Part shown: in pieces, positions 13,201 through 27,300 of the stretch
Layout: every line of letters starts with the position of its first letter
Position numbering within the stretch: the stretch's first letter is position 1
Origin: Phoronis australis
Taxonomy: Eukaryota > Animalia > Phoronida
Direction of reading: 5' to 3'
NCBI GenBank assembly: GCA_002633005.1
Contig: NMRA01000331.1
Coordinates: 225,347-289,346 of the forward strand
Length of the DNA: 64,000 nucleotides
Position numbers and translations under genes: made by a program
Notes under the pieces: generated by a model
What the model saw: only the letters and a program-made list of their open reading frames with translations
Database searches by the model: none
Told to the model about the DNA's origin: nothing

Positions 13201-15775
13201 TGACAGTGACAAACTAACCTTCGTGTAGAAATCAAGCAAGTCCTGTGTTCATGTTGTTTAGAATTCGTCTTCGTGGGCATAAAAACAACCCAACACGTAT
13301 GACACCAGACTGTGCTAAGTAGTTTATGGTCAGTGTATATTTAAGTCATGGCTTACTTAGGAACTTTTTATTTCACAAGCTTCTAGTTTCAGAATCTGAA
13401 GTCGGCATCGGAAAACTTGTGGGGACCATTCCGAAAATTGTTGACCACTGGCACATCGTAGGATCTATTAGGGATATTTGAGTCTGGAATAGAGGGATTT
13501 CAGCATAAGATCATAATGCTGTCGAGAATAGGGTCCTCTAGTATAGGAATCTAGGTGATCCTCGTGGTGTTCCTACTTAGCAGTAACTATCTTCGTACAT
13601 AAATGTTCTCATAGTTGCAACATTCACGTATTCAAAATAGGTTTCCGGGGTACTAAATAACGAATTTAGTTGTAACTTTGTAGACGCTAGATCTCCTGTT
13701 GGCCAGTCGCTTTGGCTTGCGGAGATTTTACAAGATACACAGCGATATGTTTGTTGGGACCTAACATTCGGTTGAGACTTCCGTCGATGTATCCTAGTGT
13801 TTGGAAAGACTTATAAATAGATAGAATCTCGTGCAAGGCAAATTTCTGTAGCGAGTCTAAGTTGCGAGCAACGGCTTAGTCCCGATGATCGACTTAGTCT
13901 TAGACGTACGGCAACAGCTGAGTGAACTACACGTCAGTTGTTGCCTTCACAGGCATTTAGCGAACACAGTATTTGCTTTATTATGTGGGGACTCATTAGC
14001 TAACTACTGTGAACGTGTAAGGAATGCTTTACCTGGCAAACTCTTCAATCACAGGGTATGCTTTAGTAGACTTTCAACTTTAAGTACTCTTCTCTAGCTC
14101 CCGCATTTCGGTCACCGGACACACAATGACCACGAGACTCCAGGCAGCAGACATAATCGATATTTAATACAATGACGTCGTGTACCGTTTCGTTCTCATT
14201 AAGTGTCAAACCAACAATTTCCAAATGCGATCCCGTTCAATCAACGGGTGTGCCGTTTCATAATTCGCACAAGCCGATACTTCACAGCGATATCATGCCA
14301 CCCTCTTTTGACGATTAACTGGACCTCTCTCGTGTAACTAGCTGTGTTTCCCCCGGCAAGACGTTGATAACGCAACACACGTGCTGAATCGTCTATCTAT
14401 ATTTGCCCACGTCAAGAATTAAATTTACAAGCAGACGTTGTAAGCGATGACCATCGTTCTAAAGGCGTCCAATCATGTTGTTTGGAGTAGTCTATTACAA
14501 GTGTTTATAATATAATTTATAATTTATTATGCAGGGAGTAGATATAATATGGCTGTCGCACTTTATGAACATAAAGTGCCTCACCTATAAACACGGCTCA
14601 CTCGATTCAGTATCTCGATGCCCGAACTTACAAACACGTCTCGTCGACGGCCAAACACGGTGCTGACCTCACAAAACACGCCTCATGCACCTACTGAAAA
14701 ATCACAGGTCAGTCACCCCCTCATAAATTCGTACCTGGACTAACAAACATCTACAGTGCACTGCTCCACGTCCGTCTACCGTGTCGAGCGGTCAGTGAGT
14801 CGTGTAACTCCGGAGCTTTGTCTTTGTGTGCGATACATTTGTGCATTTGTCGTGTTAAATCAGTCACTAGTTGTGTGCCGTTTGTACGCATTAAAAGCCG
14901 TAGTATATCACAACAATTAACAAAATTGGTTTTAATTAATTTTAAGGACACTAGCAGTTCCCACTAAAATATGAAATTGTAGATTTTTTCATCCAACTCA
15001 TTGAATATCAAATTAAAGCATACAATGTGTTAGTTGAATGATGGCTGAACTAAAGTGCGAATTTATCTATTTATCTGGCACTGCCAGTCGCATCAGGTGT
15101 GATATTTTTACAAATTGATGAGAGAAACAACTTTGAAAACACTTGGGAAATGTACAGGCAATATAGCAAGACACTTGAGAATCTTAAAAGTGAGGGGAGG
15201 TGATGTGAAGGAGGTGGAATCTGTCCTCCCGAGAAGTTGTCTGCCTTTGAGGCAAGAGTGCAACACTAGGAGCTAGATAATCTACCGTAGTAGATTCACT
15301 TGCCCGAATCATCGATACAACCCTCAACATATTCTGGTGTCGCCAAAGACACTGAGTACACAGGAGTGGAAATCCGACAGAGGTCTGAAAAATTACCAAA
15401 GACGTAAAATCAAGGTTCAACGTCCTGCTTCGTGTGAGCTCAGGTAGGAATCACCAAACTCCAGGGTCTGACCCTGAGGAATATCTTCAGGAGCACGTCA
15501 TTCATGCATAAATACTTATATTGGCGCACCGTGATTGCTTATAACTCGGGTCTTATTTCAAATGTCTTGAAATATACATATATGCAGTGACAGTAGTACA
15601 GATTGTTACACAACTACATGACTGCAGAGGGGAACAGCTGATCAAAATGAATGCCATACCAACAGTGATAGCAATATCCTGTCTGTGAAAAATTATGTTA
15701 TTAAGTTCATAACTTTTGTAACGCAGGTAGGACTGCAACAAGTACCCGAAATAACAGAACTTTTGTCCAGCCTCC

Positions 15776-15917
15776 CGTTCAGTAACGCTAGGACCTTGCT
15801 TAAAAGCAAGACTTTGCGAGATTACGCGAGATATTGCCGTGTATTTAAATAACAGCACGTGACCTTGACTATAGCTTTTGGCTAGGTCCTAGCGTAGGTC
15901 CTAGCGTCTACTGAACG
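15776..15917. mobile_element. Small MITE
   Basis: cgttcagtaacgctaggacct / aggtcctagcgtctactgaacg inverted ends. Confidence 0.55.
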
Positions 15918-16002
15918 CACGCCAGGGCTGTCGTTCGGTTGTGGTCCTCGAATTTTTCTCTTCGCATGGGCGGCGCACCATAGGGGGCTGGGGGGGGGGG
16001 GG

Positions 16003-16689
16003 NNNNNNNNNNNNNNNNNNNNNNNNNNNNNNNNNNNNNNNNNNNNNNNNNNNNNNNNNNNNNNNNNNNNNNNNNNNNNNNNNNNNNNNNNNNNNNNNNN
16101 NNNNNNNNNNNNNNNNNNNNNNNNNNNNNNNNNNNNNNNNNNNNNNNNNNNNNNNNNNNNNNNNNNNNNNNNNNNNNNNNNNNNNNNNNNNNNNNNNNNN
16201 NNNNNNNNNNNNNNNNNNNNNNNNNNNNNNNNNNNNNNNNNNNNNNNNNNNNNNNNNNNNNNNNNNNNNNNNNNNNNNNNNNNNNNNNNNNNNNNNNNNN
16301 NNNNNNNNNNNNNNNNNNNNNNNNNNNNNNNNNNNNNNNNNNNNNNNNNNNNNNNNNNNNNNNNNNNNNNNNNNNNNNNNNNNNNNNNNNNNNNNNNNNN
16401 NNNNNNNNNNNNNNNNNNNNNNNNNNNNNNNNNNNNNNNNNNNNNNNNNNNNNNNNNNNNNNNNNNNNNNNNNNNNNNNNNNNNNNNNNNNNNNNNNNNN
16501 NNNNNNNNNNNNNNNNNNNNNNNNNNNNNNNNNNNNNNNNNNNNNNNNNNNNNNNNNNNNNNNNNNNNNNNNNNNNNNNNNNNNNNNNNNNNNNNNNNNN
16601 NNNNNNNNNNNNNNNNNNNNNNNNNNNNNNNNNNNNNNNNNNNNNNNNNNNNNNNNNNNNNNNNNNNNNNNNNNNNNNNNNNNNNNNNN
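16003..16689. other. Assembly gap (N run) after a poly-G tract
   Basis: 687 consecutive N. Confidence 0.99.
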
Positions 16690-16758
16690 ATCTCCTAAGC
16701 CCCTCGCAGGATCTTGATGAGATTTGGCAGATGTGTTCCTATGAAGCTGACGACGGAT

Positions 16759-16794
<36 letters not shown>

Positions 16795-16798
16795 CAGA
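16759..16798. repeat. (GA)n microsatellite
   Basis: Direct reading. Confidence 0.9.
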
Positions 16799-16799
16799 A

Positions 16800-17340
16800 A
16801 ACGCTTTTATTTACATTACATAATAATAATACATTGATTAAAATTTGATTTCAATTAGGAGGCCTTCTAAAGGTTATTGACCGCTAATAAGAAGGTCCCC
16901 TGTACAAGATAAACAAATGGAAATGCAAAACTCAGTAGGAATACTTAAGAAAACAGTGAATTAGTGCTGAAAACGACCGATACGCCAGGAACCAAGAAGT
17001 AAACTGGCACAGCTCAGGAGATTTTGAGAATACAATTAGATACTGTTACATATGAAGCAATTGGAAATATGACAAACTGGATCGTAGTTGCTAATAATAA
17101 AATTGGTTAAGAACCTGGAGAATGAACATGCAACAAAATAAATTTCCAATACAGCTGATTGAATATAACTATGAATTTTCAGGGATAAGCAGAAGCTGCC
17201 AGATAAAACAGTCTGACTTAGTAAAATCTCAGAGTCGGTCAAAAGAAAGCGAGTAGATTTGGGTACTAGAGTAACTGTAAGTACTTGAAAAATCTGTAAC
17301 AAATTTCTTAATCTCATAAAATCGGTCAATTGTTTTATGT
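16800..17340 (-). mobile_element. Probable LINE 3' end remnant
   Basis: Degenerate hydrophobic C-terminal-like frame (ORF 17036-17329) running into an AT-rich tail beside a (GA)n tract. Confidence 0.35.
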
Positions 17341-17569
17341 TACAATGTTATGAAGAGAAATATATGCAAACTCATGCATTTCACAAAGAAGGCTGACACA
17401 TAGGTAGCGCGGATAATTTAAATCGGTAGGATTCAATATTTACTACATGTAGTGTGTCATACTTCTGTTTTATACCTTTGTCCTACCGCCAGATACATAT
17501 AAATTCATTTTGTAAATTTTTATAATCAAATCTGAATGACTTATTTGTGATGCCTTCACTCATATATTT

Positions 17570-18497
17570 TCTGAGCTAAAATGGCCACATTGCTAAATTT
17601 AATATGTTTAATTTTTTCATCACTACAATTTTAGGAATCAGGAAAGGCTTATGCTGAAAAAGTGGCTTCTGCTGAAGTTCAAGACCTGTCGATTATTAGT
17701 AAAGGTTGGGTATGGAAAAGTTCAAAACCAGCAAGAAGGTACCCTGAACCTTTGAAAAAATTCCTTCTGGACAAATATGTGAGAGGGCTAGAGAGAGGCC
17801 GACAAGTCTACATCCAGAAGATGTGTCAAAGAGAATTTGTAATTTGAGGAACAAGTCGGGGAACGGGGAAAAGTATTTGTCAAAGATTACTGGCTTATAC
17901 CACAACAGGTCCAAAGTAATTTGTTGAAATAGGCCACTCTCAGCAAATGTGGGAAACTGAGACAGTTATATGTAGGAGATATGACAGAAGTGGAGTATAC
18001 ATTGGAAAGAGACAATCTGCGCTTTAAGATCGTCAAGGATGTAGCATTGTAAAAATTCAAAGAGAAAACAGTACAGTGGCTGGACCTGTAAATACTCTGG
18101 CTGATCGATCTGCTAAATCTGGTGGTGGCATTGTTATGTCAGAACAGCTGTGTAGGGAAGTAGGCATGTGTTGTTGCAAGCTTTGTTTGCCCAGAACTGC
18201 TGTGCGAACAGCACAAATTTAAATTTACCTGGATTGAATCTTTGTCCAGCCACCGATCATGATTCTGGTCCAGTGGAATAACTTGGTACAGCCACATAGT
18301 TACTGGGTGCGCGCATGAACATTAGACAGTCTTTACAGCGTGAAAACATAGCTGCGAAGCCGTGAAATGTGTCTGAGCCTATAACTTTGGCAGAACGTAA
18401 TATTTTGGGAAATTGTTTTACCATTGTTTATACATCCCACCTTATGTGTCAAATTTGGTGAAAATCGGCTGACCCCCACCTTGCCTGGCTGGTGCTC
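17570..18497 (+). mobile_element. DNA transposon remnant (transposase C-terminus and right end; superfamily uncertain, possibly Sola3)
   Basis: Frameshifted GWVWKSSKPARRYPEPLKKFLLDKYVRGLERG...WLIPQQVQS resembles a C-terminal motif I recall from invertebrate transposon-derived proteins; ends ...ggtgctc. Confidence 0.35.
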
Positions 18498-21400
18498 TCG
18501 TGGACTAAAATTTTTCGTGTCGATTTTGGCACCAACTACTGTTCGTTTCGGTATTATACCGGTATGTTTCGTGTCTATATTGGGTAGACTACTTGCTGGT
18601 GCCCAAGAGGGGATTGAGGAGAGGTCGTATAGACAGTTTATGTTATGTACTTAGATACTCGTGACGATTGTGAAGTAGATAATTGTGAGTAGGAACAGTC
18701 TCTTAACTTAAAATAGGAAAGTTCATGCACGCGCTTCTCATAGCGCTTTTGAAAAAACGCATGACAACAGTAGGGTATATTTCACACACCAAATGGATTT
18801 CGTAAGAGTAAAGAGAAGTTTAAAACGTCAAAAACTTATTTTCCTATATATAAGCTACAGAAATAATTTAAGCAGAATGAGTGTGTCTTCAGTAGTTTTA
18901 TGGGGTCAAAAACAGAATACCTAGAACAGTTATGACCCAGGAATAAATGTATTAAAAGTAAAAAGTCCTTTTCAGAATGATATAGCAAAGCATAGTTGGT
19001 GGTAAGGTGGAGATCGAAAATAAACAAGCAAACTGCAACCTGGAAGTGACACGAATGTAAGGATGGTGATGAACCAAACTGCTACTCTAATTTGAATAAC
19101 GAACAGCACAAGCAAACTGCAATGCACTCTGAAGTCCAACCGTCATAGACATAAATGCATTGTACATATATTCCTCATTCAAATTTAAAATTGCCTACTT
19201 TTCATTACGTAATATTGTCACCACATTTTGATATGATAATAGACACTCGCTCTATGTGTATAGTTGTTAAATGAAACCCAATCGTTTCAGTGTAATTTTT
19301 GGCTATATTGCGACTTTCCTGGATAAATTTTCAAATTAATCAAGTTCCCACTGCTTCTAACTAATTACGCATGCGTCACTCCACGAACGTTCGCGGTCCC
19401 AATCATTCTCCATCCGCCTTGTTCACATGCACTTGTAAAACCAGGTCTAAACGACACCACAATATTTTCAAGAAAAATTTGATTTAAAAATTGGGTCACA
19501 TATCATAAATTTACATTAAAGACGTAGTACTCTTTTTCGCATAGTCGTAGGTGGATCTGAAAAAAATCAAATATGAAACAACATAAATGTTACAAAAGAA
19601 TTATGTTATGGGGAAAACGCTTTACACAAGGGTGAATCACTTTTTGAATGGATCCCTCTAAATCGCCTTATCTTTCTAGAAGGGTGTTTTTATGGCGCCG
19701 ACTACAGATGTGTGTCTAAATTTTTAAGCGCTGAATAATGGAGTGTTTACCCAGTAACTCAACTTGTTGGCTCTATCCAAACGCTGTAGCCTAGAAAAAA
19801 TTGTTTATCTCTAGTCACTAACTTGTGAACATGGGCAAGAGTTCCAATACTTTTGCCACGCCCATGGAAGGCCGTGTGTGTACTACCAAATTGCACTGTC
19901 ACAATAAAATTACGCTGCTTTTACAAAACCAACGCAAATTTGAACACTGGAGATCCAATACAAAAATGTATCGGCATGTGGTTTCACCTTTATTTCACAT
20001 AAGTGTATGTGCATTGTCACATAGGTATATGTGCATTGTCACATTTTTGCAGTTATCATACCACTCCGCTAACGCGCACTGTGCATCTGATTTAGTCGCA
20101 ACACCCTCCCGTCAACGAAATTACCATTATATACCCCATACATACCACTAAAAAGAGCGTTTACGAATATAATGTTATATTGTTTTTTTAGACCCCATAT
20201 CACAATAAAACTAGTCCCACTTAGTTCCTCACTCAGGTAACAAGTGGTTTCTCGGCTTGGAAAGAACAAACAGTTCGTTACTACTGGAGACCGTGGTGGT
20301 CCGCGCATGGAATAAGCTGTAACACACTTTGACAAGCCAACCTGGTGAACATGGTCTCAGCCAAACAATACTAACGAACTGCCAGTTCTTTCAACGAAGG
20401 TCAAAGTTTCATAACTGTCAGTCATCTTAAAGAAGTTCATTTTTGAGGAAAGGCTGGTGCATAGCAACTTTTTAAAGAAACTATTTCAATCCTTTACATT
20501 CAGCAAATGAGAACAGATGATGAATTTAGTCCTGGAAAGATATCACTAAAATATAAACATCTTGCAACTTTCAACCATGTTCATGTTTGCCTCATTTTAC
20601 TGCTACTTTTTAATTTTTTTATAGTGGGCTGGGTTTACGGGGAAACTTGTATACATATGGGGAAACTTGTATACATATGGGGGCAGCTGAATGAGTACCA
20701 TAATACAGGAGTCGACTCTCACACTCAACAGCAATCATTTTAGGTGGTGGTGCCCATCAAAAATAAAACAAAAGTAAAAAAATCCTATTAAATTCAGTTA
20801 AGTTTTAAAACGTTTGGAGTTTTGTTGAGTATTGTTTGGGCTTAAATTTCAACTGACCTAACTCGCACTAAAATCCGTTTTGTCAAGATTTTAACTAAAA
20901 TGGTTCGGAAAGAGTGCCTTTGAAGAGTAGGACCTACCATACATTTTGCTGGTTTGTTGGACATACTGGCTTCATAACACAGCTGAAGGAAACCTTTGAA
21001 TCACACAACAAAATCCTGAGTTTGATTCAATGACATGTTGTGCGGTACACCATAAACTAATCTATTCTGTTTTTGGAGGTGACTTTCTAAAGTTCCCTGG
21101 AGCAGCTGGTGATGGTTGTGATTGAATTCTAGTGGAATGAGCATGAAAATTTACTCAGCATCTGCGCCATGGAAACCCCGTGTGCATCATAGACTATAGT
21201 ACATGGTGTGCATGTACAAATGCAAGTCTCATTCCACTCTAAAGACTCACTGCTGGGAACATGAATCAGAACTTGACATAATGAATACTAGGATTACAAA
21301 GGAAAAAAATAGGAATTGAGAATGGCGATATGAAGAGACTCGTATTGGCTTGTTGTAGAGGTGCACTTAGTCAATTCAGCAATGCTGACACTTAGTTGTG

Positions 21401-21602
21401 ATTCGACTCTTATATAACTTACATGACAACTGCCACCTTCAGAACAACAGATGAGATGGAAATAACTCAGTTTAATGGTAAGGACAACAAAATGGGTGAT
21501 AACCATGATATTGAGCATGAAAGGTACCCATATTTATCGATCTACAAAGACACAGTCCTCAAAGTACATTTCAAAAGTCAGTAATAGAATCGTGCTTGCA
21601 TT

Positions 21603-21838
21603 TTAATCTTTTTCAGCAATTGCAACCAAGTAGGTGTCGATCTCTTGCTCTGTCAAGACGCGAAATTTCGGGTTGTCCCTTGTGATAATTCCTACTTCTA
21701 TCTCTGTTGGCTTGAAGTCGGCTGATAAGATTGTTGATAAACATGTGACTGCCACCTCCACAACTTCATCTGTACTGAAATCTTGCTTCTTCTTGATTTT
21801 CTTTTCCAAGAAACTGGTAGCTTCCAGTTGTTTCACAC
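21603..21838 (-). CDS. PSMA6: Proteasome subunit alpha type-6, coding exon 2 (to stop)
   Basis: Acceptor ttgcag|GT completes Gly; [18 protein letters not shown]...[12 protein letters not shown]; 505+236=741 nt = 246 aa, the same length as human PSMA6. Confidence 0.97.
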
Positions 21839-22090
21839 CTGCAAGAGGCAGTTGCACAATGTGTAACAGGCAACGACACAATGACACACCATTACTGTTA
21901 TTAAAGCTTAGAATGTAATATGCAGAACCAGTGTTCTGCTTGTTAAAATTCAGTTACTGTAGATATTAACAGTTGGTGGTGGTGTACTTTAACACGAGTT
22001 AAAACACCATGGCTAATATTGGAGCACTTTGCAAGCAATAATGTATTGATGCCACTATTGATCATACAATTTGTCAAGCCAGCAGTTCAC

Positions 22091-22247
22091 CTTAATGGTA
22101 AAAGTCGAGTAAATGGGGACCCCTTGAAAATGGCTGCCGGGAACCACTTTTGACTGAATAAGGGCAATGGCCGTTATTCTGTGAAAACTGGTTCCCAGCA
22201 GTCAATTTGAAAAGGAACCGATTCAGTCAACTTTTGCCTACCTTAAG
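22091..22247. repeat. Imperfect ~157-bp palindrome (fold-back MITE) in the PSMA6 intron
   Basis: Arms ...ctgccgggaaccacttttgactgaataagggc / gccgttattctgtgaaaactggttcccagcag..., ttaa at both ends. Confidence 0.6.
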
Positions 22248-22576
22248 TTTAGTTTGTTTCATTGTGTTCAAGAAATTTATAATCGTAATTGTTGTGGAGT
22301 TGCAGATCTGTTGAACAAATGATAATGAAGCGATCCATTTTCCCTCTAGATAAACAATTGTTTAATCAAAGTGAAACCCTTCATGAAAAGCTTCAAACAC
22401 TGATAGCTCGTATAACATACGCCACATTTGTACACAGAGTATGTCCAAACAATATCTAATTAGTTTGTTTGCATCTACTACTGCAATTCATACATTGCCC
22501 TTATTTATCAACACTAATGCAAAAAAAGTAAAAAAACACCTAAAGCTGGAGTCATAAGTACTCGGAGTCACAAGTA

Positions 22577-23604
22577 GGGGTAGTTCGGGGAAACTCGGAC
22601 GGCGGTAAAATTTGGACAAGTCTAAATAAACGTCAAATATATTAACAACCAAGATGCCTTACCACTAAATGAAAGGATTATTCACTTCTTAGAACAATAG
22701 TAGGAATTTATTTATCACCTCACTTGAATTACAACAAAATTTCAACAGATATGAGACATGTTCAGCACCTTATGTCGCTCTGCCGTCTGCTTCGCGTGCT
22801 GATTTTGAAAGTCTGCAGTATGTACACTGTCTTTTCCAACTTTTATTTAGGTCACTTGGTCACTTGTCATGTAAATGAACTTGAATTTACTTGATGCACA
22901 ATTCATCACTATGCAGTTTTATGAGTTAATTCCAATAAAAAAACTTACAAAAAAGCATGATTTGATCAAAAAAAAAACAGAGTCCGAATTTCCCCTCCAA
23001 CTTTTTGTATGCTGCGGGGAAATTCGGCCACTCGTGTTTTTAGGCTACTAGACACTTTTCTTGACGTTTTCTTGAGAGATTTTCGTAATCACGTGATGAC
23101 CTCCTGTTTTAAGAGGTCAATCCAAAACTTAATTTGTCAACAACAATGGCGCTGTTTACCATGTGGGCTGTACACAAATCGGTAAGGGCGGAGGTACTTT
23201 TACGTTGTTTATGTGGCCAGGACATGATGACTTCTTAAATTTTATTATTTGTCAGGTGAAAGGACTGCAAAATAATACCTAAATTCATTTTTTGAAATCA
23301 TAAATTACTGTTGTATATTTTGCCAGAGTTTTACCTATTCAGAATTTGCTGGTCCGAATTTTCCCGAAACTCCGTCCGACTTTCCCCACCTGCGTCCGAA
23401 TTTCCCCAATTTTGACCATTGTTATTATTTTTAAAATCCGAAGGCATTGGAAGTGAACTAGTAACAAAGAATCTCATTGGTTGGTTTCTCAAATGATTTG
23501 CGGAGATCCCATTACTCGTCTAATGTTATTAGCTGACACATAAACCTTCAGTAGTAGGTAAGCAAGTCGAGCTAGGTTTTGTCCGAATTTACCCGAACTT
23601 TCCC
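22577..23604. mobile_element. Tc1/mariner(pogo)-type MITE in the PSMA6 intron
   Basis: TA flanks; TIRs GGGGTAGTTCGGGGAAACTCGGAC / GTCCGAATTTACCCGAACTTTCCC; multiple internal gtccgaatttcccc repeats. Confidence 0.8.
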
Positions 23605-23687
23605 TACTCTGAGTTGACAATAGTTTTGTAATATAGAGCCCTGTTATACCAGGAAGACCGATCCTAACAAATGTGAAAATTTATTAC

Positions 23688-24192
23688 CAGCAGCACAAGC
23701 TTTGTAGCCGCAGTAATACCCAGCAGGGTCGGTTTTATACAGCTGGGCTCCATTCTCATCATCCCAACCAATCAAGATCATGCTGCATCCAAGAGGTCTC
23801 ATTTCAGCACTCTGGGTGTAAACTTGCGATATATCAGCAATCCTTTTACAGAGATTATCAACAGGCATATCGTAACCAAACTTGTATTTGAAATTAGCTG
23901 CTTCATATCGAGCTCTTTGAACTTGGGATTTACTGTCCGCAATAAGACCCGTCATGACACATCCTATATTATCTGTTAACCGGAACAGGTGAGAAACAGT
24001 AGACGAATCAAGAAGTTTGTCGGGAACCTTTTTCTGCGTTACGACAACAGCCCCGTCTTTGCCTCTGACGGCAACTGACGTTAATCCTCCCTGATTGATA
24101 GCCTTGAAAGCATATTCTACTTGATACAGTCTACCTTCAGGTGAAAAAATAGTGATATGACGATCAAATCCAGCGCTGCTTCCACGAGACAT
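23688..24192 (-). CDS. PSMA6: Proteasome subunit alpha type-6, coding exon 1 (aa 1-168 plus 1 nt)
   Basis: Translation [44 protein letters not shown]...[14 protein letters not shown] is near-identical to metazoan PSMA6; ends at phase-1 donor G|GTAATA. Confidence 0.97.
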
Positions 24193-24300
24193 TACTCAAA
24201 TTCGATAGGCCGGCTTTTTTCGAATTGTGCAAAATCATTCAAGATGGCGATGTGCGCAGGTAGTGGTATACTGATGTGAGGCTAAACAATGGCATAATTA
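24193..24300 (-). promoter_or_regulatory. PSMA6 5' UTR/core promoter region with YY1-type motif
   Basis: CAAGATGGCG (YY1 consensus) at 24240-24249, ~50 bp upstream of the PSMA6 ATG, in a CpG-containing stretch. Confidence 0.45.
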
Positions 24301-27300
24301 TTACAACGCATCGGGCCGAACCTCAAGCCTGGACAAGGCGAAATTTCGGTTCTTGTCATTGCACGTGAGCCCCAGTTCATTGAATGAAGTTTTAAACTGT
24401 TTTTCACACTCACCAATGTATAATATTATCAACCCAAAGCTAAAGTACCGTGACTGAAATTAATGACGGGCTGTTCGGATGGCGGTCCTCGCCCGAGAGC
24501 AGTGGAGTTGCGGCCGGTGGATGTGAAGGACACCGCACGAAAAGAGTTTTTTTCTAACTGGCCCAATTTCATGGTGTAACGTATTTCATGGCGTCATTGG
24601 TGGTCAAGCGCTTTATCCAGAGCAACCCAAGGCGTATAGACTGCAAGTCTATCTAAGTTGTTTGACTGAATGCGCCAACTTCAAGTTTCATGTTATATGA
24701 GTGTAGACGTAAAATGCATGTATGGGCAGCCAGTGGGGATTAGAAAGTGTCTAGGGAGAGGTTCGCCACGGCCGGACCAGACCAGCTTATTAGTGCAGCT
24801 ATTGACTCTAAGTGTACTTCTGGTCTCTCGCCAACTGGTCTTCACCGGCACATATCTACTGAGCAGTCACTACTTTTTGGTCTTCGAGTCGCGATTAATA
24901 CTGTGATGTCTAAGTCATTGACTCTCAGTGTACTTCGATCGGGTTCCTCGACGAACTGGTTTTGTGATATCTTACCACAGTGTGCTAGATCTAAAACTAT
25001 TTACCTCCGCTTTGCAGTAATGTTTGGTCCCCCTACAGACTGGATCAACCCAGTATTTTGACAATAGCACATGTGCCTGCTTATTTGTGTAGACATTGAC
25101 TCTTAGTGAACATCTGGTCCATCGGCGAACTGGTATATCTTTTCACCACTGCCTGTACTGTTTATGTTTTGGTTCCGTGAAAATGTTTCCAAGTGATTTG
25201 TTTCCTCCAAACCAGCGCATCGCGGTACAAATAGATCCGCGCCCCTAAAATCCACGCACACGGCGAAAATGCTCCATAACCGGTGATCAAACTCCAGTCG
25301 GGCCAAAACTCTCCTGTCTATTGGACCCCTCACTATAGGTGAGGAATATAGCCATCGGATCTGGAGTTTGATAAAGGCGGGTATGAAAGTTCGACGCGAG
25401 TTAAGGTTGGAGACTTGCACTGCGGGTTTGATGTTTGGCAATTACATCGCCCTGTGAATGCCGCAGGACGGTATACGTTGGCGATAGTACGCCCTCATGA
25501 AAAGTTACTCATCTCACAAAGCAGCGATTAAAATCGGATGAAACATGAATATTTACACATGAAGTTGCAATTAACACATTCCATGACTTTGGAGACAATT
25601 TAGTCAACGTAATTTGAACATATATCCATGAAAATTTGTCGCGGTTCATTCAAGCTTCCCTCATCGGGTGCCATTTTGAGGAATTGTTAAGTGGTAATAG
25701 ACGAACAAAACAACCAAGTGACACAAATCTAACAAATTCCACCTGATATCTTCCTATGCAATTTTTGCAAGATCACGCACTTCGTTCTGTTTCGCGCTAG
25801 TCCTTACCTAATTCACATGACGTCAGTTCAAATACTTTGTACATCACGCACAGTGAAAAGTTAACATTGACCAAAAAGTGGAGTTGGAATTATTCGCCAT
25901 ATTCACCTGAATTCTCGTAGCCACGTTTCATCGATGTGTATAGAACCAGAAAGCATCGCAGAACAAAGTAAATGCTTTTTTAAGTGTAGAATGTATTTGT
26001 GAAGAGGTGAGCAGATTTCACCTACCGCCCGTTCAAAATACGCGGTACGAACCTGAGTAATGAAAGGGAAGGGAAATATTGTAACTCAGGCCAGCCAACC
26101 GAGGGACCACCTGTTGCATAGTTTGATGTACCGTATGCTACTCTGGTACTCGGAAATTTACAAGGTCATAGGCTCAATTTAGAGGCGTGGTCATGAGGCT
26201 ACGGGAACGCTTACTCAGTTGCCAGAAAAAGAATTGTACGATGCTACACATTGTTTTCAAATTCAGTTACATACAATGCTATGGCTACGAAATTTTGTTA
26301 ATACTTTTAAAGCGTGAACACGGACTTCTTTATGCGTTCAACGTTTAAGCAAGTTTGTCGGGGAAAACGTGTCAAATCGGATGAAACCAGGTGTCGTCTT
26401 GGGTGGGTTTATTAAAAGGTATTACTTCCTGAACTTCACACAAACAAATACAAGAAAAAACGAGTTGAACGAAACATACACATTTAATAAAGGCGCAAGT
26501 GTGACACGCGGATAACACAAAGTCTCAAATATTAGTTTCAAGAGTGGCCTATGAAAAGACAATTAAATAAAAATAAATGGAAACTTTAACGGGAAAAGTA
26601 AATACGAATGAATATGAGCACACTAAGAATGTTTAATTAAAGCAGGCAGCACAACGTAGAAATGAAAATAATGAATGCAATTTTTATTATTTAACACCCA
26701 TCATATTCGGGTTTTTTACACGACATATAAGGTGTTTTTGTAATTGAACGCTATGCTTCTAACATATCGTTTTTGACTTTGACCGACTTTAGGTTCAGCA
26801 ATAACCTGGCCGTTGCGTAGAACAAAGATTAGTGTCGCTTGTTTCAATTTTGCGACGCGACAAAAATGGAGTCGTGAAATAAGGCAAGTTAAACCAGCGT
26901 TTCGCCCTATTTAGCTGCCTGGATAATGAAAATCGAATTGAGACTTTTTACTCAAGTTGGTCTCGTAATACTCATTACCGTGATAGTATTCCACTGCCTA
27001 ACACCTACATGCACCATTTCTGAACTCTAGGGTTGACCGACCCCGATTAATTTTCGAAAAAGTGTCATTTTAGGCGCTAATGGTTTCGACGTTCTTGCTG
27101 GTACCGAAATGAAATCCAATCACAGTAAGGAATATTACGAGACCGAACTCATGCGAGTAAAACACCTGCTTTGGAATTTCGTTTTCTGTGGTTTGATATA
27201 CTGTGGCCAAACTGGAGCTCATAAGTGTTATTTTTAGCTTGATAAGCCACTTAATTCTGATTTTATCATAATTTGAACTTGGCCATTTTTTGACCGGACA

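Noticed and set aside
13311-14150. Possible second solo LTR
   Set aside because: Composition is LTR-like but no convincing CA end with matching TSD was found
15941-16717. 258-aa ORF in the track
   Set aside because: Almost entirely X from the N gap
23644-23687. C-terminal [13 protein letters not shown] of the 182-aa PSMA6 ORF
   Set aside because: Intron read-through; the true protein continues in the exon at 21838
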